Shown one piece after another: positions 10,012 through 19,442 of a stretch of 28,164 bases of DNA; position 1 is the stretch's first letter, and the number at the start of each line of letters is the position of its first letter. The notes beneath the pieces were generated by a model that saw nothing but the letters and a program-made list of their open reading frames with translations, was not told where the DNA came from and ran no database searches. The stretch comes from Promethearchaeota archaeon (lineage in GTDB: Archaea > Asgardarchaeota > Lokiarchaeia > Sigyniarchaeales > SOKP01). The translations under genes and the position numbers were made by a program. Location: contig JAHLWH010000157.1 of NCBI GenBank assembly GCA_019058015.1, forward strand, positions 1 through 28,164. The letters run 5' to 3'.

Positions 10012-11148
10012 ATGAGCTTTGAATTGAAAGATATTAAAGGACTAGGTGTTAAAAGTGCCGAAAAATTGAAAGCAGGTGGTATTGAATCTGTTGAAAAATT
10101 GGCTCAATTGAGCGTTGAAGAGTTATCTAAAGTCGAAGGAATTCGAAAAGGTAGCGCAAAAAAATATATTGAAGGTGCAAAAACATTATTAAACTCTAGC
10201 AAAAAAGAATCTATAAGTAAAACTGAAGAAAAGGATAAAAAAGACGAAGAACAAGAAGTAATTGCTGAAGAAGAAAAGACTGCTGAAGAAGAACTAAAAA
10301 GATTGAAAAAAAAGAAGGATAAGCTAAAAGAACTATCTATTAAAAAAGGTGATTTTGTTCTTGTAAAAATTACCGGTCGTACAGAAAAGGGATATATATT
10401 TCAAGTTAGTAGTCCTGAAGATGCAAAAAAAGCAGGAATTTATGATGAAAAGAAAGACAAACAAGGATTTTATACTCCAGAATTTGTAATAGTTGGAAAA
10501 TCTGGATTTGTAATTGAGGGTATAAATGAAATTTTAGAAACTATGAAGTTTTTTGAAAAAAAATCTGTCAGAATACCTCCAACTAAAGCGTTTGGAAAAC
10601 GAGAGGCTAAAAAAATTGATCGTATGGCAATTCAAAGATTTAAAAAATTAAATGAAGGAAAACCTCCTGAGCTAGGACAAACATATGTAAATAAAAAAGG
10701 ACAGAGAGGTACTGTCACTCGCATTGTACAAGGACGAGTTATAATTGACTACAACCACCCTCTTGCAGGTCAAACTCTTGAATATAATTTAGAAGTCATT
10801 GATAAAATAGAAGAATTTGATAAAAAATTAGCACGTTTTATTGAATTAAGAATGCCTGGAGCAAAAGCTGATCAATTCAAAATAAAATTTGAGCCTAAGA
10901 AAAAGTCAATTGAAATTGAAATACCTCAAATGCATCAGTTTAATCAAGGCCTTTTAATGTTTAAATTTGGATTAGCAATGGATCTACAAAATTATTTAGA
11001 TGGACAGATTGATACTGTTAAATTCCTAGAAGTTTTTGAAAAACCAAAAATTCCAGAAACACCTACACCTGAGCCAGAACAAAATCAAAATCATGAACAC
11101 GAACAAGATGACAATAAAAGTGATGAATCAAATAAAGAAAAGAAATAG
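10012..11148 (+). CDS. Archaeal long-type FKBP peptidyl-prolyl isomerase (SlyD-like) with N-terminal helix-hairpin-helix domain
   Basis: IKKGDFVLV, IPPTKAFGKR and DYNHPLAGQTL. N-terminus LKDIKGLGVKSAEKL...LSKVEGIRKGSAKK is a tandem HhH, joined by a charged linker. Confidence 0.9.
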   Translation: MSFELKDIKGLGVKSAEKLKAGGIESVEKLAQLSVEELSKVEGIRKGSAKKYIEGAKTLLNSSKKESISKTEEKDKKDEEQEVIAEEEKTAEEELKRLKKKKDKLKELSIKKGDFVLVKITGRTEKGYIFQVSSPEDAKKAGIYDEKKDKQGFYTPEFVIVGKSGFVIEGINEILETMKFFEKKSVRIPPTKAFGKREAKKIDRMAIQRFKKLNEGKPPELGQTYVNKKGQRGTVTRIVQGRVIIDYNHPLAGQTLEYNLEVIDKIEEFDKKLARFIELRMPGAKADQFKIKFEPKKKSIEIEIPQMHQFNQGLLMFKFGLAMDLQNYLDGQIDTVKFLEVFEKPKIPETPTPEPEQNQNHEHEQDDNKSDESNKEKK

Positions 11149-11244
11149 ATTTATTTGGTCACCTAAACAATATTTAATAACCTAGTCTATTTTATAAACT
11201 CAAAAGATTTTATTTATCTTAGAACTATTTCAAGGATCTCAATA

Positions 11245-12096
11245 ATGGGTAAAAAAATAACCTCTTTTTATTCAAAATACAAAGGTGTTTCAGATACTGC
11301 AAAAAAAATCAACCGAATTTGGGAAAAACATATACGAAAGGCATCAAAAGAGATAAGGAAATTATATAAATCAGCACCGATCAAAGAAGAGCGCCAAGAA
11401 ATTATTGAAGATATTCATAAACAGGGGTATAAGGTTTTTGATCTTCATATCCATACATATATTAGCGATGGGAATGAGAGTCCTCAATCTGTCGTAGATT
11501 ATGCAATTGATATCGGACTTGATGGAATAGCAATAACAGATCATAATGCAATAAGAGGCGGAAAATTAGCTCAGCAATACATAAAAGAGAAGGGGTATGG
11601 TTTGCTGTTATTTCCTGCAGAAGAGATATCTTCGTGTGAAGGGCACATTGTTGCATATTGGGTGGAATTTCCTGAAAAAAAGATTAAAGCAGGTCTCTCT
11701 GCTGTCGAAACTTGTAAGAAAATTCATAATATGGGTGGAATAGCAGTAGCTGCTCATCCGTTTGGACCCCATGGTGTTTCAGACCCGGAATTATTAACCA
11801 CTCTTTTTGATGCATTGGAGATAAATTCTCGTTCTACAGCAGGTTCGGATTCTTTAGCAAAAGATTTTGCAGAGGCACAAAAAATTGCATACACGGGTGG
11901 AAGTGATGCACATTTAATTCAATCTATAGCATGTGGATGCACTATTACTAAACAACCTGTAAAAAGAACTTCAGATCTTTATGAGTTAATTATTAATCAC
12001 AAAACAGATGTTTTAATTACACCAATGTGGGTGGAGATACTTACATATCTTGAAGAATTAGCTGAAGACTATGAAGAAGGACTAATTCAAAAATAA
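11245..12096 (+). CDS. PHP-domain metal-dependent phosphoesterase
   Basis: Motifs DLHIHT..SDG, AITDHN, GH, AAHP and GGSDAH. Confidence 0.9.
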   Translation: MGKKITSFYSKYKGVSDTAKKINRIWEKHIRKASKEIRKLYKSAPIKEERQEIIEDIHKQGYKVFDLHIHTYISDGNESPQSVVDYAIDIGLDGIAITDHNAIRGGKLAQQYIKEKGYGLLLFPAEEISSCEGHIVAYWVEFPEKKIKAGLSAVETCKKIHNMGGIAVAAHPFGPHGVSDPELLTTLFDALEINSRSTAGSDSLAKDFAEAQKIAYTGGSDAHLIQSIACGCTITKQPVKRTSDLYELIINHKTDVLITPMWVEILTYLEELAEDYEEGLIQK

Positions 12097-12238
12097 ATTT
12101 TTTACTCATTTTAAAAGAGAACTTTTATTATTTATCTGTTAGAAATAACATCGAATATTTAATAAATGCTAAATAACTGTTTCAACCTTTAAATAAGTGA
12201 TAAATTTAAATAAAGATTTTTTCTTATAACTTCATAGA

Positions 12239-13138
12239 ATGCAACAAAAAAGGGTTATACTTAGCGCAGAGGCAAGTCATGAAGTTATTAAAATATTCAT
12301 TGAGCATTTACAAAAACTTGATATTGACTTACAAATCTATAATCCAATTAGTAGTCCCCAAGATTTAGAAGATAATAAAATTTTCAATAGTAAATGCGAT
12401 TTATTACTAGTTAAAGTTCATAATGATACCTCGATTGACTTTTTACATTATGCAAAACTTCACAATATTTCTACATTAAATAGTATCGATGCAGTTCTTA
12501 ATGTTAAAAATAAGGTTTCTTTAGATTATAGCTTGCGTGCTATTTTTGATAAACATAATTTTGAAAACATTCGTTTACCTAAGTCTTGGACATACTACTT
12601 TTATAAGATAAAACCCTTTAAAAAATGGATTCAGGACAAACTTCCTATTGTTATAAAATCTCATTATCAGCACGAAAAAATGCAACGATTTAATTATTTA
12701 ATTAGAGATATTAGCGAAATCAAGATGCTTGTTCGAAAGCATATGCTATTTCTTAATTATGATGTCTATATACAAGAATTTATAGACTCTGATGGAATTG
12801 ATAATAAAATTTACGTAATTGGAGATAAAGTTTTTGGAATAAAAAGACCAAGCCCGATTTTTATTTATAAAAAATATGCAGCTCAATATATTGACACAAA
12901 AAAACTAGAACGAAAACAATATGATCCTGCACCAGAATTAATAGAATTAGCCCGTATTTTGAGAAAAGAACTTAAAATGGAATTCTTTGGATTTGATTTA
13001 CTAAAATCAAATCAAGACGGTAATTACTACATTGTAGATGTAAACGATTTTCCTGGGTATAGAGGTATTAATGAAGCCGCCAAGACAATGGCAGATTATG
13101 TAAAGAATTATTTAAAATTGAACGATTTGATTAGTTGA
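12239..13138 (+). CDS. ATP-grasp protein, inositol-phosphate kinase ITPK1-like
   Basis: PIVIK, IQEFI...KIYVIG...KRPS and FFGFDLL...IVDVNDFPGY, which match the ITPK1 pattern (QxFI..KVFVVG..RPS; LFGxD...IDINxFPGY) better than RimK (EVNxxPG). Confidence 0.72.
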   Translation: MQQKRVILSAEASHEVIKIFIEHLQKLDIDLQIYNPISSPQDLEDNKIFNSKCDLLLVKVHNDTSIDFLHYAKLHNISTLNSIDAVLNVKNKVSLDYSLRAIFDKHNFENIRLPKSWTYYFYKIKPFKKWIQDKLPIVIKSHYQHEKMQRFNYLIRDISEIKMLVRKHMLFLNYDVYIQEFIDSDGIDNKIYVIGDKVFGIKRPSPIFIYKKYAAQYIDTKKLERKQYDPAPELIELARILRKELKMEFFGFDLLKSNQDGNYYIVDVNDFPGYRGINEAAKTMADYVKNYLKLNDLIS

Positions 13139-13151
13139 TGTATTTAAATAT

Positions 13152-13442
13152 TTAATTTGATTTTTTCCTTAGGTGTATATATTCTCCATCCATAATACGC
13201 ACTAGATATGTTCTTCCTTTTATTATCCACATAATTTTATGACCCTCCCTTGCTTTTTTACCCCACTCAGACTTTTTTCTACTATTTTGTTCGATAAATC
13301 GATAACCAAAAATATCTATGTATTTTACTCCACTACTAGAAAATTTTTTTACTGGATATTCTATACCATCAATTTCTACAGTTTTTTTCCCTTCAAATAT
13401 AGCATTATATATCTTCAAACCATTTTCTTTTAAATCTTCCAA
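13152..13442 (-). CDS. Hypothetical protein
   Basis: 96-aa ORF with TTG start and normal composition, lying at the end of a minus-strand gene run. Confidence 0.7.
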   Translation of the reverse strand: MEDLKENGLKIYNAIFEGKKTVEIDGIEYPVKKFSSSGVKYIDIFGYRFIEQNSRKKSEWGKKAREGHKIMWIIKGRTYLVRIMDGEYIHLRKKSN

Positions 13443-13516
13443 TTTAATTAACCAACCAATTTAATAAAATATTTATTAATATTCACTATCGTGAATAATA
13501 TTAAAAGAAAAGATAA

Positions 13517-14635
13517 TTATAAAAAAAAAATTAACGTTTTTTTAGAATTCAAATAAGGCTTAATAAATTCAATAATTTTATCGTTAAAATTCTTTAAAGT
13601 TAATAAGTCTCCTCGTGCATTCACATCTAATATAGATTCTTTTAAATTTTGAAGATGGAGCCCTGCCCATTGCATTCTTTTCCACGATTTACCGGATATG
13701 GAGTTATAATAAGCCTGATCCAGTAATTTCTTAGCAATAATATAATTATATCTTCGGTAATCATTTGGAATAAAACGTTTCGCTCGACAGGGTAGTTTAT
13801 ATTTCTTGCATAGAGTAATTAATTTTTTATGAATTTTTTTTAAATAATTTCCATCTACATACATATTCCCCTTGTATAAATTTAAAAAATCATGAAGAAT
13901 ATCCTTATATTTACTATTTTTTATTTTATTTATAAAAAACTGGGCTTGGGAATCCCGCATTGTCATTCCAGGTGAAAATAATATAAAATCACATTTTGCT
14001 TCTTTGTTTTTTAAAATTATTTCTTCTAAATTTTCATCGGAATCCTCAAGGTAAGGGACAATTGGCATTAAATTGACACCAGTTTGGATTTTTGGAAATT
14101 CTTTTTTAATTTTCTTTAATGCTTCAATTCTCTTCAATGGAGGCGTTGCATGTGGTTCTAAAAATTTTGCAATCTCATCATCGAAGGTTGTAATTGTAAA
14201 AGATATCGTGCAATATGTATCAGCTGCGATTTTAGATAAAATATCTAAATCACGTAAAACTAAATCAGATTTAGTAGAAATACAGACAGGATATTTATAT
14301 TTGAATAAAACTTCTAAAATTTGACGAGTATTTTGATATTTTATTTCAGCCGGTTGATAAGCATCACATACACCACCAGTTGCTACAACATCAGGTAATA
14401 ATGTTCTGGCATTTTTTAATCGTTTATCTAATTTTTCTTTGACATTTTTCTTAACAATAATTTCATTGTCCAAATCGGGATGCAAGTAATACTTTTCAGA
14501 ACGAGCATCACAATAAATACAAGCATGTTCGCAGCCATTGTATGGATTAAGAGTGTATCGGCACCAAAACCAACTGTCGATATATTTTAACTTATTTATG
14601 ATAGTTTTGAACTCTTTCTCGATATATTTAACCAT
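13517..14635 (-). CDS. SplB/Rv2578c-like radical SAM protein with C-terminal helical (PolX N-terminal-like) domain
   Basis: LNPYNGCEHACIYCDAR, DAYQPAE, STKSDLVLRD and LEP. About 70-aa helical extension ending KKTLIFFL. Confidence 0.88.
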   Translation of the reverse strand: MVKYIEKEFKTIINKLKYIDSWFWCRYTLNPYNGCEHACIYCDARSEKYYLHPDLDNEIIVKKNVKEKLDKRLKNARTLLPDVVATGGVCDAYQPAEIKYQNTRQILEVLFKYKYPVCISTKSDLVLRDLDILSKIAADTYCTISFTITTFDDEIAKFLEPHATPPLKRIEALKKIKKEFPKIQTGVNLMPIVPYLEDSDENLEEIILKNKEAKCDFILFSPGMTMRDSQAQFFINKIKNSKYKDILHDFLNLYKGNMYVDGNYLKKIHKKLITLCKKYKLPCRAKRFIPNDYRRYNYIIAKKLLDQAYYNSISGKSWKRMQWAGLHLQNLKESILDVNARGDLLTLKNFNDKIIEFIKPYLNSKKTLIFFL

Positions 14636-14671
14636 AAAACCATATTTTTCTTTGAAATATATATTTTAAAT

Positions 14672-15514
14672 TTAGAAATTTATCAATTTGTTTCTAACAT
14701 AATTAATTCCTTTAATAAGAGCCATTTTAGAATTTAACTCAACAATTAGCGCCCCCTCGTATTTATATGATTTAATCAATGAAAAAATCAAATCAAAATT
14801 TATATTTCCCTTACCAAGAGCGATATGTGGGTCGCGATCTTTTGTGTTATTATCAACTAAATGAACATTTTTAATTTTATTATGGAAGGTTTTCCAAAAT
14901 GAAGTGGGGTCATCAGCGTTTGTCCAATAATGGGCAGTATCGTAAGTTATATAAAGATCATCACGATTGAAATGCGAGAAAAAATTGTTAAAATCTTCAG
15001 TTTTCAATAAAATATTAAGACTTTTTTGCATATTTTCAATGCAAATTTTTACTCCTAAATCTTCGGTGGCTTTTAAAATCTCTTTCACAGACCCAATTAA
15101 TCGTCTCGTATTAAATTGATTAATGGAATTAACGACAAGATTGGCTAAACCAGGATGAATGGTTAATATTTTAGTACCAATCTCTTTACAAATTATAGCA
15201 GACTCAATATAAGAATCAATGGATGCTTGAGAGATTTTATCATTGTGGCTACATAAACTCACGTCTATAAAAGGTCCATGAATTTGTTTTTCTATCGAAT
15301 ATGATTCACATAATTCAATAAATTTTTTCTTATTTTCCTCAGAAGAAAGAATAGGAAAATCTAGCATAATCTCACAAACTTTTAATCTTTCATTTTCAGC
15401 CAATTTTAAAGATTCTTCAGTAGAATTTAAAAATAGTTCAAGAAGTTTTTTGGGTTTTTCTGACCATATAAGATCTAGAATTAATCCTAATGAGCTAATC
15501 CCTAACTTTAACAT
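14672..15514 (-). CDS. Sugar-phosphate isomerase/epimerase (xylose isomerase-like TIM barrel)
   Basis: Motifs HGPF, TIHPG, IENM, YDTAH, VHLVDN, DPH...GKG and VE. Confidence 0.88.
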   Translation of the reverse strand: MLKLGISSLGLILDLIWSEKPKKLLELFLNSTEESLKLAENERLKVCEIMLDFPILSSEENKKKFIELCESYSIEKQIHGPFIDVSLCSHNDKISQASIDSYIESAIICKEIGTKILTIHPGLANLVVNSINQFNTRRLIGSVKEILKATEDLGVKICIENMQKSLNILLKTEDFNNFFSHFNRDDLYITYDTAHYWTNADDPTSFWKTFHNKIKNVHLVDNNTKDRDPHIALGKGNINFDLIFSLIKSYKYEGALIVELNSKMALIKGINYVRNKLINF

Positions 15515-15607
15515 TATAAAACGATTTCAATTGAATTTAGAGATATAATGTGTAATTATAATTAAATTTAAGGAGATTAAGAAATTAGATTCTAAATAAG
15601 AAAAGTA

Positions 15608-15913
15608 TTATTTCTTTTTCAATTGCTCTTTTAATTTTTTTATTTCTTTTTCTTTCTCTTCTATTGTTTTATCTTTCTCTTCTATTGCTTTAATATATTT
15701 TTTTTCTTTTTCTTCCAATTCTCTTTCTAAATCAGCTGCTTTGATCATATTATCTACGCCAAATAATTCCTCTTCATCTAAATCGATTCCGCTCTCTTCC
15801 GCTAATTGGTCATGAAATTCTTTTGAATCTTTCTTTATTTCATCCAGCAATTCTTTCAAATTTATCTCTTTTTTTTTTTTGAAAAAATAATTATTACAAA
15901 ATAATAAATACAT
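15608..15913 (-). pseudogene. Probable 3' remnant of a gene ending in a charged coiled coil
   Basis: The 3' ~85 codons look protein-like (EKDKTIEEKEKEIKKLKEQL). The N-terminus is low-complexity and crosses a 12-nt A/T homopolymer at 15869-15880. Confidence 0.45.
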
Positions 15914-15971
15914 CTTTTATCATATAATTAAATTGATTTTTTTTTCCTACTTCTTTTTTTTTCAATTAATA

Positions 15972-17153
15972 TCAATCAGACAGGTTTATCGGATAAACAC
16001 CGTATTTCCTCTTGATGTTTTGCATTGCTTCAAATCGATCTGCAGTAACTGCTGGATTAATAGAATGCCCACTGCTGAAGATATACCCTCCACCAGGTGC
16101 AAGTTCTCGTATTAATCGTTTCGCGTAATCTTCTATTTCAGAAATTTCACCAATTGCCAACATTATGGGGCTTAAATTACCGCAAAAAGTTATTTTATCT
16201 CCGTACTTTTCATTTAATTTAAAAATATCATAGTCCGGATTAGCTGTAGTGCTTTCTATTGGATTTAATACATCAACACCACTTTTGATTATATCTTCAA
16301 AGATTTCCATTAAATCTCCATCGGAATGCAATAATATTTTGCAATCTTGTTTGTGAGCTGCATCGCATATCTGTTTAATCCACGGAAAGACATATTTTCT
16401 GTAATTTATTGGACTCATAAATAATCCGTTTTTAAAACCATAATCATCCCATAAAATAACCATCTGAGCATCATTCTCAGCCAAAATCTTAACGAGTTCA
16501 AGCGTAAATTTACCCCTATCATCAAAAACTTTTTTTGCTTGTTTATGCCTTCCAATAATTCTTGAGAAGGTTTCAAGTCCAAATCCTTCCCAAGTGCATT
16601 CCATCAAAGCTCCCGTAGATGGAACGGAGAATATTTCATTATTCATTTCTTCTTGAACTTCTCTGCCTGCTAAAAAACCGTTTAAACGAGCTTCCCAAGT
16701 AGGATCTAGTGGCTCCCAACTCTCATAATCCTCAAAACTTTTAAAATGACCTCCATAATAACCCATTATTGTGGTACCATCCTTCTCATAATATTCAAAC
16801 TTCATAATTCTTCCATATTCATCAATAAATCCACTTGCATCTTCAAGAATTTCCCGTGGGAAAAGACTGGAGATACTTACTCCGATATCCAATCCAACTT
16901 TACGATAAAATTCATATGAGAATTTGTATCCTGTTTTTAATAAATTTTTTTGTTTCAGAAATTTTTGCAGGAGTTCATTTTTATTTGGCACGTTTTTTAA
17001 TAATGAAATACCATAGTCTCCTTTACCAGGTTTCATACCGTAATGTTCCATAATTGTATTATTCGTAAATGCACTTTCCCAAGCTGGAACTCTATCGGGT
17101 TCTTCATGGTTTACTGTTTTTAATACCCGTTCTGGAGCTGTTAATTTATTCAT
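15972..17153 (-). CDS. Uroporphyrinogen decarboxylase family protein (MtaA/CmuA-like)
   Basis: ERVLKTVNHEEPDRVP, DEYGR, DDYG, LHSDG, GNL and GGGYIFSSGHSI. Confidence 0.9.
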   Translation of the reverse strand: MNKLTAPERVLKTVNHEEPDRVPAWESAFTNNTIMEHYGMKPGKGDYGISLLKNVPNKNELLQKFLKQKNLLKTGYKFSYEFYRKVGLDIGVSISSLFPREILEDASGFIDEYGRIMKFEYYEKDGTTIMGYYGGHFKSFEDYESWEPLDPTWEARLNGFLAGREVQEEMNNEIFSVPSTGALMECTWEGFGLETFSRIIGRHKQAKKVFDDRGKFTLELVKILAENDAQMVILWDDYGFKNGLFMSPINYRKYVFPWIKQICDAAHKQDCKILLHSDGDLMEIFEDIIKSGVDVLNPIESTTANPDYDIFKLNEKYGDKITFCGNLSPIMLAIGEISEIEDYAKRLIRELAPGGGYIFSSGHSINPAVTADRFEAMQNIKRKYGVYPINLSD

Positions 17154-17218
17154 TATTATAATCTCTAATTTTCTATTTAAAATGTTTATAAATATAAATT
17201 AAATCTAATTCTATAAGA

Positions 17219-18391
17219 TCAAAAAAAGTCAAGCAAACCTCCAATTCCTCTCATTTTAGCATCTATGGCATGTTGAGGGCACATTTCCATGCAACATAAA
17301 CAAGAAATGCATTTTTTTTTCAAAAAAATTGGATATTGTTGCTCTTTAAAGTTAATCGCTTCAGCGGGGCATATTTGAGCACACTCGCCGCATTTTCTAC
17401 ATAACTTCTGCTTTAAAACTGGTATTTTTTTAAAGATTTTATATACTACATGGCCTGTAACATAACTAACAACATTTGTCATAAATTCTCCAGGGACTTT
17501 AAATTTAGGAACTTGTTTTTTAGCATCTTCTAAGGATAAACCTAATATTTCAATTTCATCAAAATTTCCAATACCTAATCCCCTTTTGAACGCATTGTTT
17601 AAATGAGGCACATTTTTTAATCCATTGAATTTACCAATCTCTAATGCAACCAAATCTAATGCCAATTCATCTGTTCCAACAAGAATTAGGTTCCATTTAA
17701 CCATTTCTCCCGCAGAAGGACCCCTTGGACCTTGCATAATTGTATGCAAATCGTAAATAGTTATTCTATTTGGTTTATTTTTCACAACCCATGAAAAATT
17801 ATCTGCAAGAACCATTCCAAAATTCTGTGCGTTTTTGCCTAATAGATGATATTTTGCTTTTAATCCTCCCGGAATGATGCCCCAATAATTTTTTATAGCT
17901 CCTGTCATCGTAGCCTCCACATGAGTTTTTAACTTTGGAAGATTTATTATAATATCACAATCTTTTACCGGTTTTGATACAAAGAATTCTTTCATAATTA
18001 AACCATCTTCAATTATTTCTTTTTCCGGAATTTCACTTTCGAAATTTACGAATTCTATACCTCCTCTCTCGCAAATATCAAAGAGTCCTATTTTCTTGGC
18101 AACAGAAGAAGCATTTTTCTTAAATTGACCAGGAGAATCACCAATTCTTACATTTTCCATGGAAATACCAACACTTTTTAGGTAATTAACAACTCCTTCA
18201 ACAAAAACTGGCTGTGTACACGCATCTCTTTCAGTAGAAAGCAAGTTTGGTTTTAATAAGATATATTTTGAATCTTTAAAGCTAAATGGTAAATCTTTCT
18301 CAACCAATTTGATAGCATTAAAAATTGCATCAATAACGCTATCAAAATCTTTTACATTTACAATACCTATTTTTGTTATCATTGTTAACAT
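17219..18391 (-). CDS. DUF362 domain protein with C-terminal 2x[4Fe-4S] ferredoxin domain
   Basis: LLKPNL, GDSPG, PKLKTH and GAIKN, plus CRKCGECAQICP and CISCLCCMEMCP. Confidence 0.9.
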   Translation of the reverse strand: MLTMITKIGIVNVKDFDSVIDAIFNAIKLVEKDLPFSFKDSKYILLKPNLLSTERDACTQPVFVEGVVNYLKSVGISMENVRIGDSPGQFKKNASSVAKKIGLFDICERGGIEFVNFESEIPEKEIIEDGLIMKEFFVSKPVKDCDIIINLPKLKTHVEATMTGAIKNYWGIIPGGLKAKYHLLGKNAQNFGMVLADNFSWVVKNKPNRITIYDLHTIMQGPRGPSAGEMVKWNLILVGTDELALDLVALEIGKFNGLKNVPHLNNAFKRGLGIGNFDEIEILGLSLEDAKKQVPKFKVPGEFMTNVVSYVTGHVVYKIFKKIPVLKQKLCRKCGECAQICPAEAINFKEQQYPIFLKKKCISCLCCMEMCPQHAIDAKMRGIGGLLDFF

Positions 18392-18434
18392 TTAAGGTTT
18401 AAACATTATAAAAATAATTTATTGTTGCATTTTT

Positions 18435-19130
18435 CTAAACAAAACTATTTAAATTGGCAAATTTTATACCCTTTACTTTCATATTTGACAATGTTTGGGA
18501 AATATTTCCTTCTGGTATATCTATTCCTCTAGTTAAATCTACAATGAAATAGACTTTGAATCCAAAATCAACTCCATCCATTGCGGTAAAATAACAACAA
18601 TAATCTAATGCAAGACCACAAATGAAAACTCTCTTAATTTTTAATGATTTCAACAATCCAGAAAGACCCGTTTCAGTTTTTTTATCATTTTCAAGAAACC
18701 CTGAATAACTATCAATTTCTGGATTCATTCCTTTTCGAATTATAGCTCTTGCATAGGATATTTCTAATGAATTATGAAATTCTGCTCCATAAGTTCCTTG
18801 AACGCAGTGATTAGGCCATAGAACTGGACCTATTGCTTCAGTTTGGTATTCATCTCCTGGATTCTTTCCAGGATGATTACTGGCAAAGGATTTATGAGTA
18901 CTAGGATGCCAATCTTGAGTTAATACTATGGATCCCACTTTTTCATAAAAGATTTTGATTATCTTATTAATTCCAGGGATAATTTGATTAGCTTCTCTTA
19001 CGGGTAAAGCACCACCCAGCATAAAATCATTCTGCATGTCAATAATAATAAATACATCATTACTAGAAATTGTAATATCTTTTACATATTTAATCTCGTC
19101 AAAATCCAAGTTAATCACTACTTTAAACAT
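18435..19130 (-). CDS. pncA: Nicotinamidase/pyrazinamidase
   Basis: IDMQNDF, QDWHP..H.SF, WPNHCVQGT, RKG...DSYSGF and GLALDYC. Confidence 0.93.
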   Translation of the reverse strand: MFKVVINLDFDEIKYVKDITISSNDVFIIIDMQNDFMLGGALPVREANQIIPGINKIIKIFYEKVGSIVLTQDWHPSTHKSFASNHPGKNPGDEYQTEAIGPVLWPNHCVQGTYGAEFHNSLEISYARAIIRKGMNPEIDSYSGFLENDKKTETGLSGLLKSLKIKRVFICGLALDYCCYFTAMDGVDFGFKVYFIVDLTRGIDIPEGNISQTLSNMKVKGIKFANLNSFV

Positions 19131-19406
19131 TTTTAATTTTCATTCTTTATAGTTTACTATACAGATATTAATTTTGTCCTAGATATAATTTAATAAGGGG
19201 ATTTGAAACTTTTTCTTTATTCAAATGCATTTTTCTTTATAAAGTATAATCTTTTATTCTAATTCTTCTTCTAAGTTTTAGATCAAAATGACTAAGATAC
19301 AAATCACTTCAAATATGACTTTTCATCACTGAATTTAATACTCAATCGAATTTTTACCTTCTTATACCTTCGTAATTAAATCCATATCTTTAAAAGCGGA
19401 ACACAA

Positions 19407-19415
19407 TTATATAAA
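19407..19415 (+). promoter_or_regulatory. Candidate TATA box of the his operon leader
   Basis: TTATATAAA lies about 30 nt upstream of the start of the structured leader. The background is AT-rich, so this is weak evidence. Confidence 0.4.
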
Positions 19416-19442
19416 GTAGTGCATGAAAAATGATTAGTAGAA

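Noticed and set aside
17219-17245. DUF362 protein C-terminus GLLDFF as a PIP box
   Set aside because: It lacks the Q/basic context, and this protein has no link to DNA metabolism.
19310-19390. Minus-strand RYGFNYEGIRR resembling a GNAT acetyltransferase remnant
   Set aside because: Only about 11 residues between stop codons, too short to support without a search.
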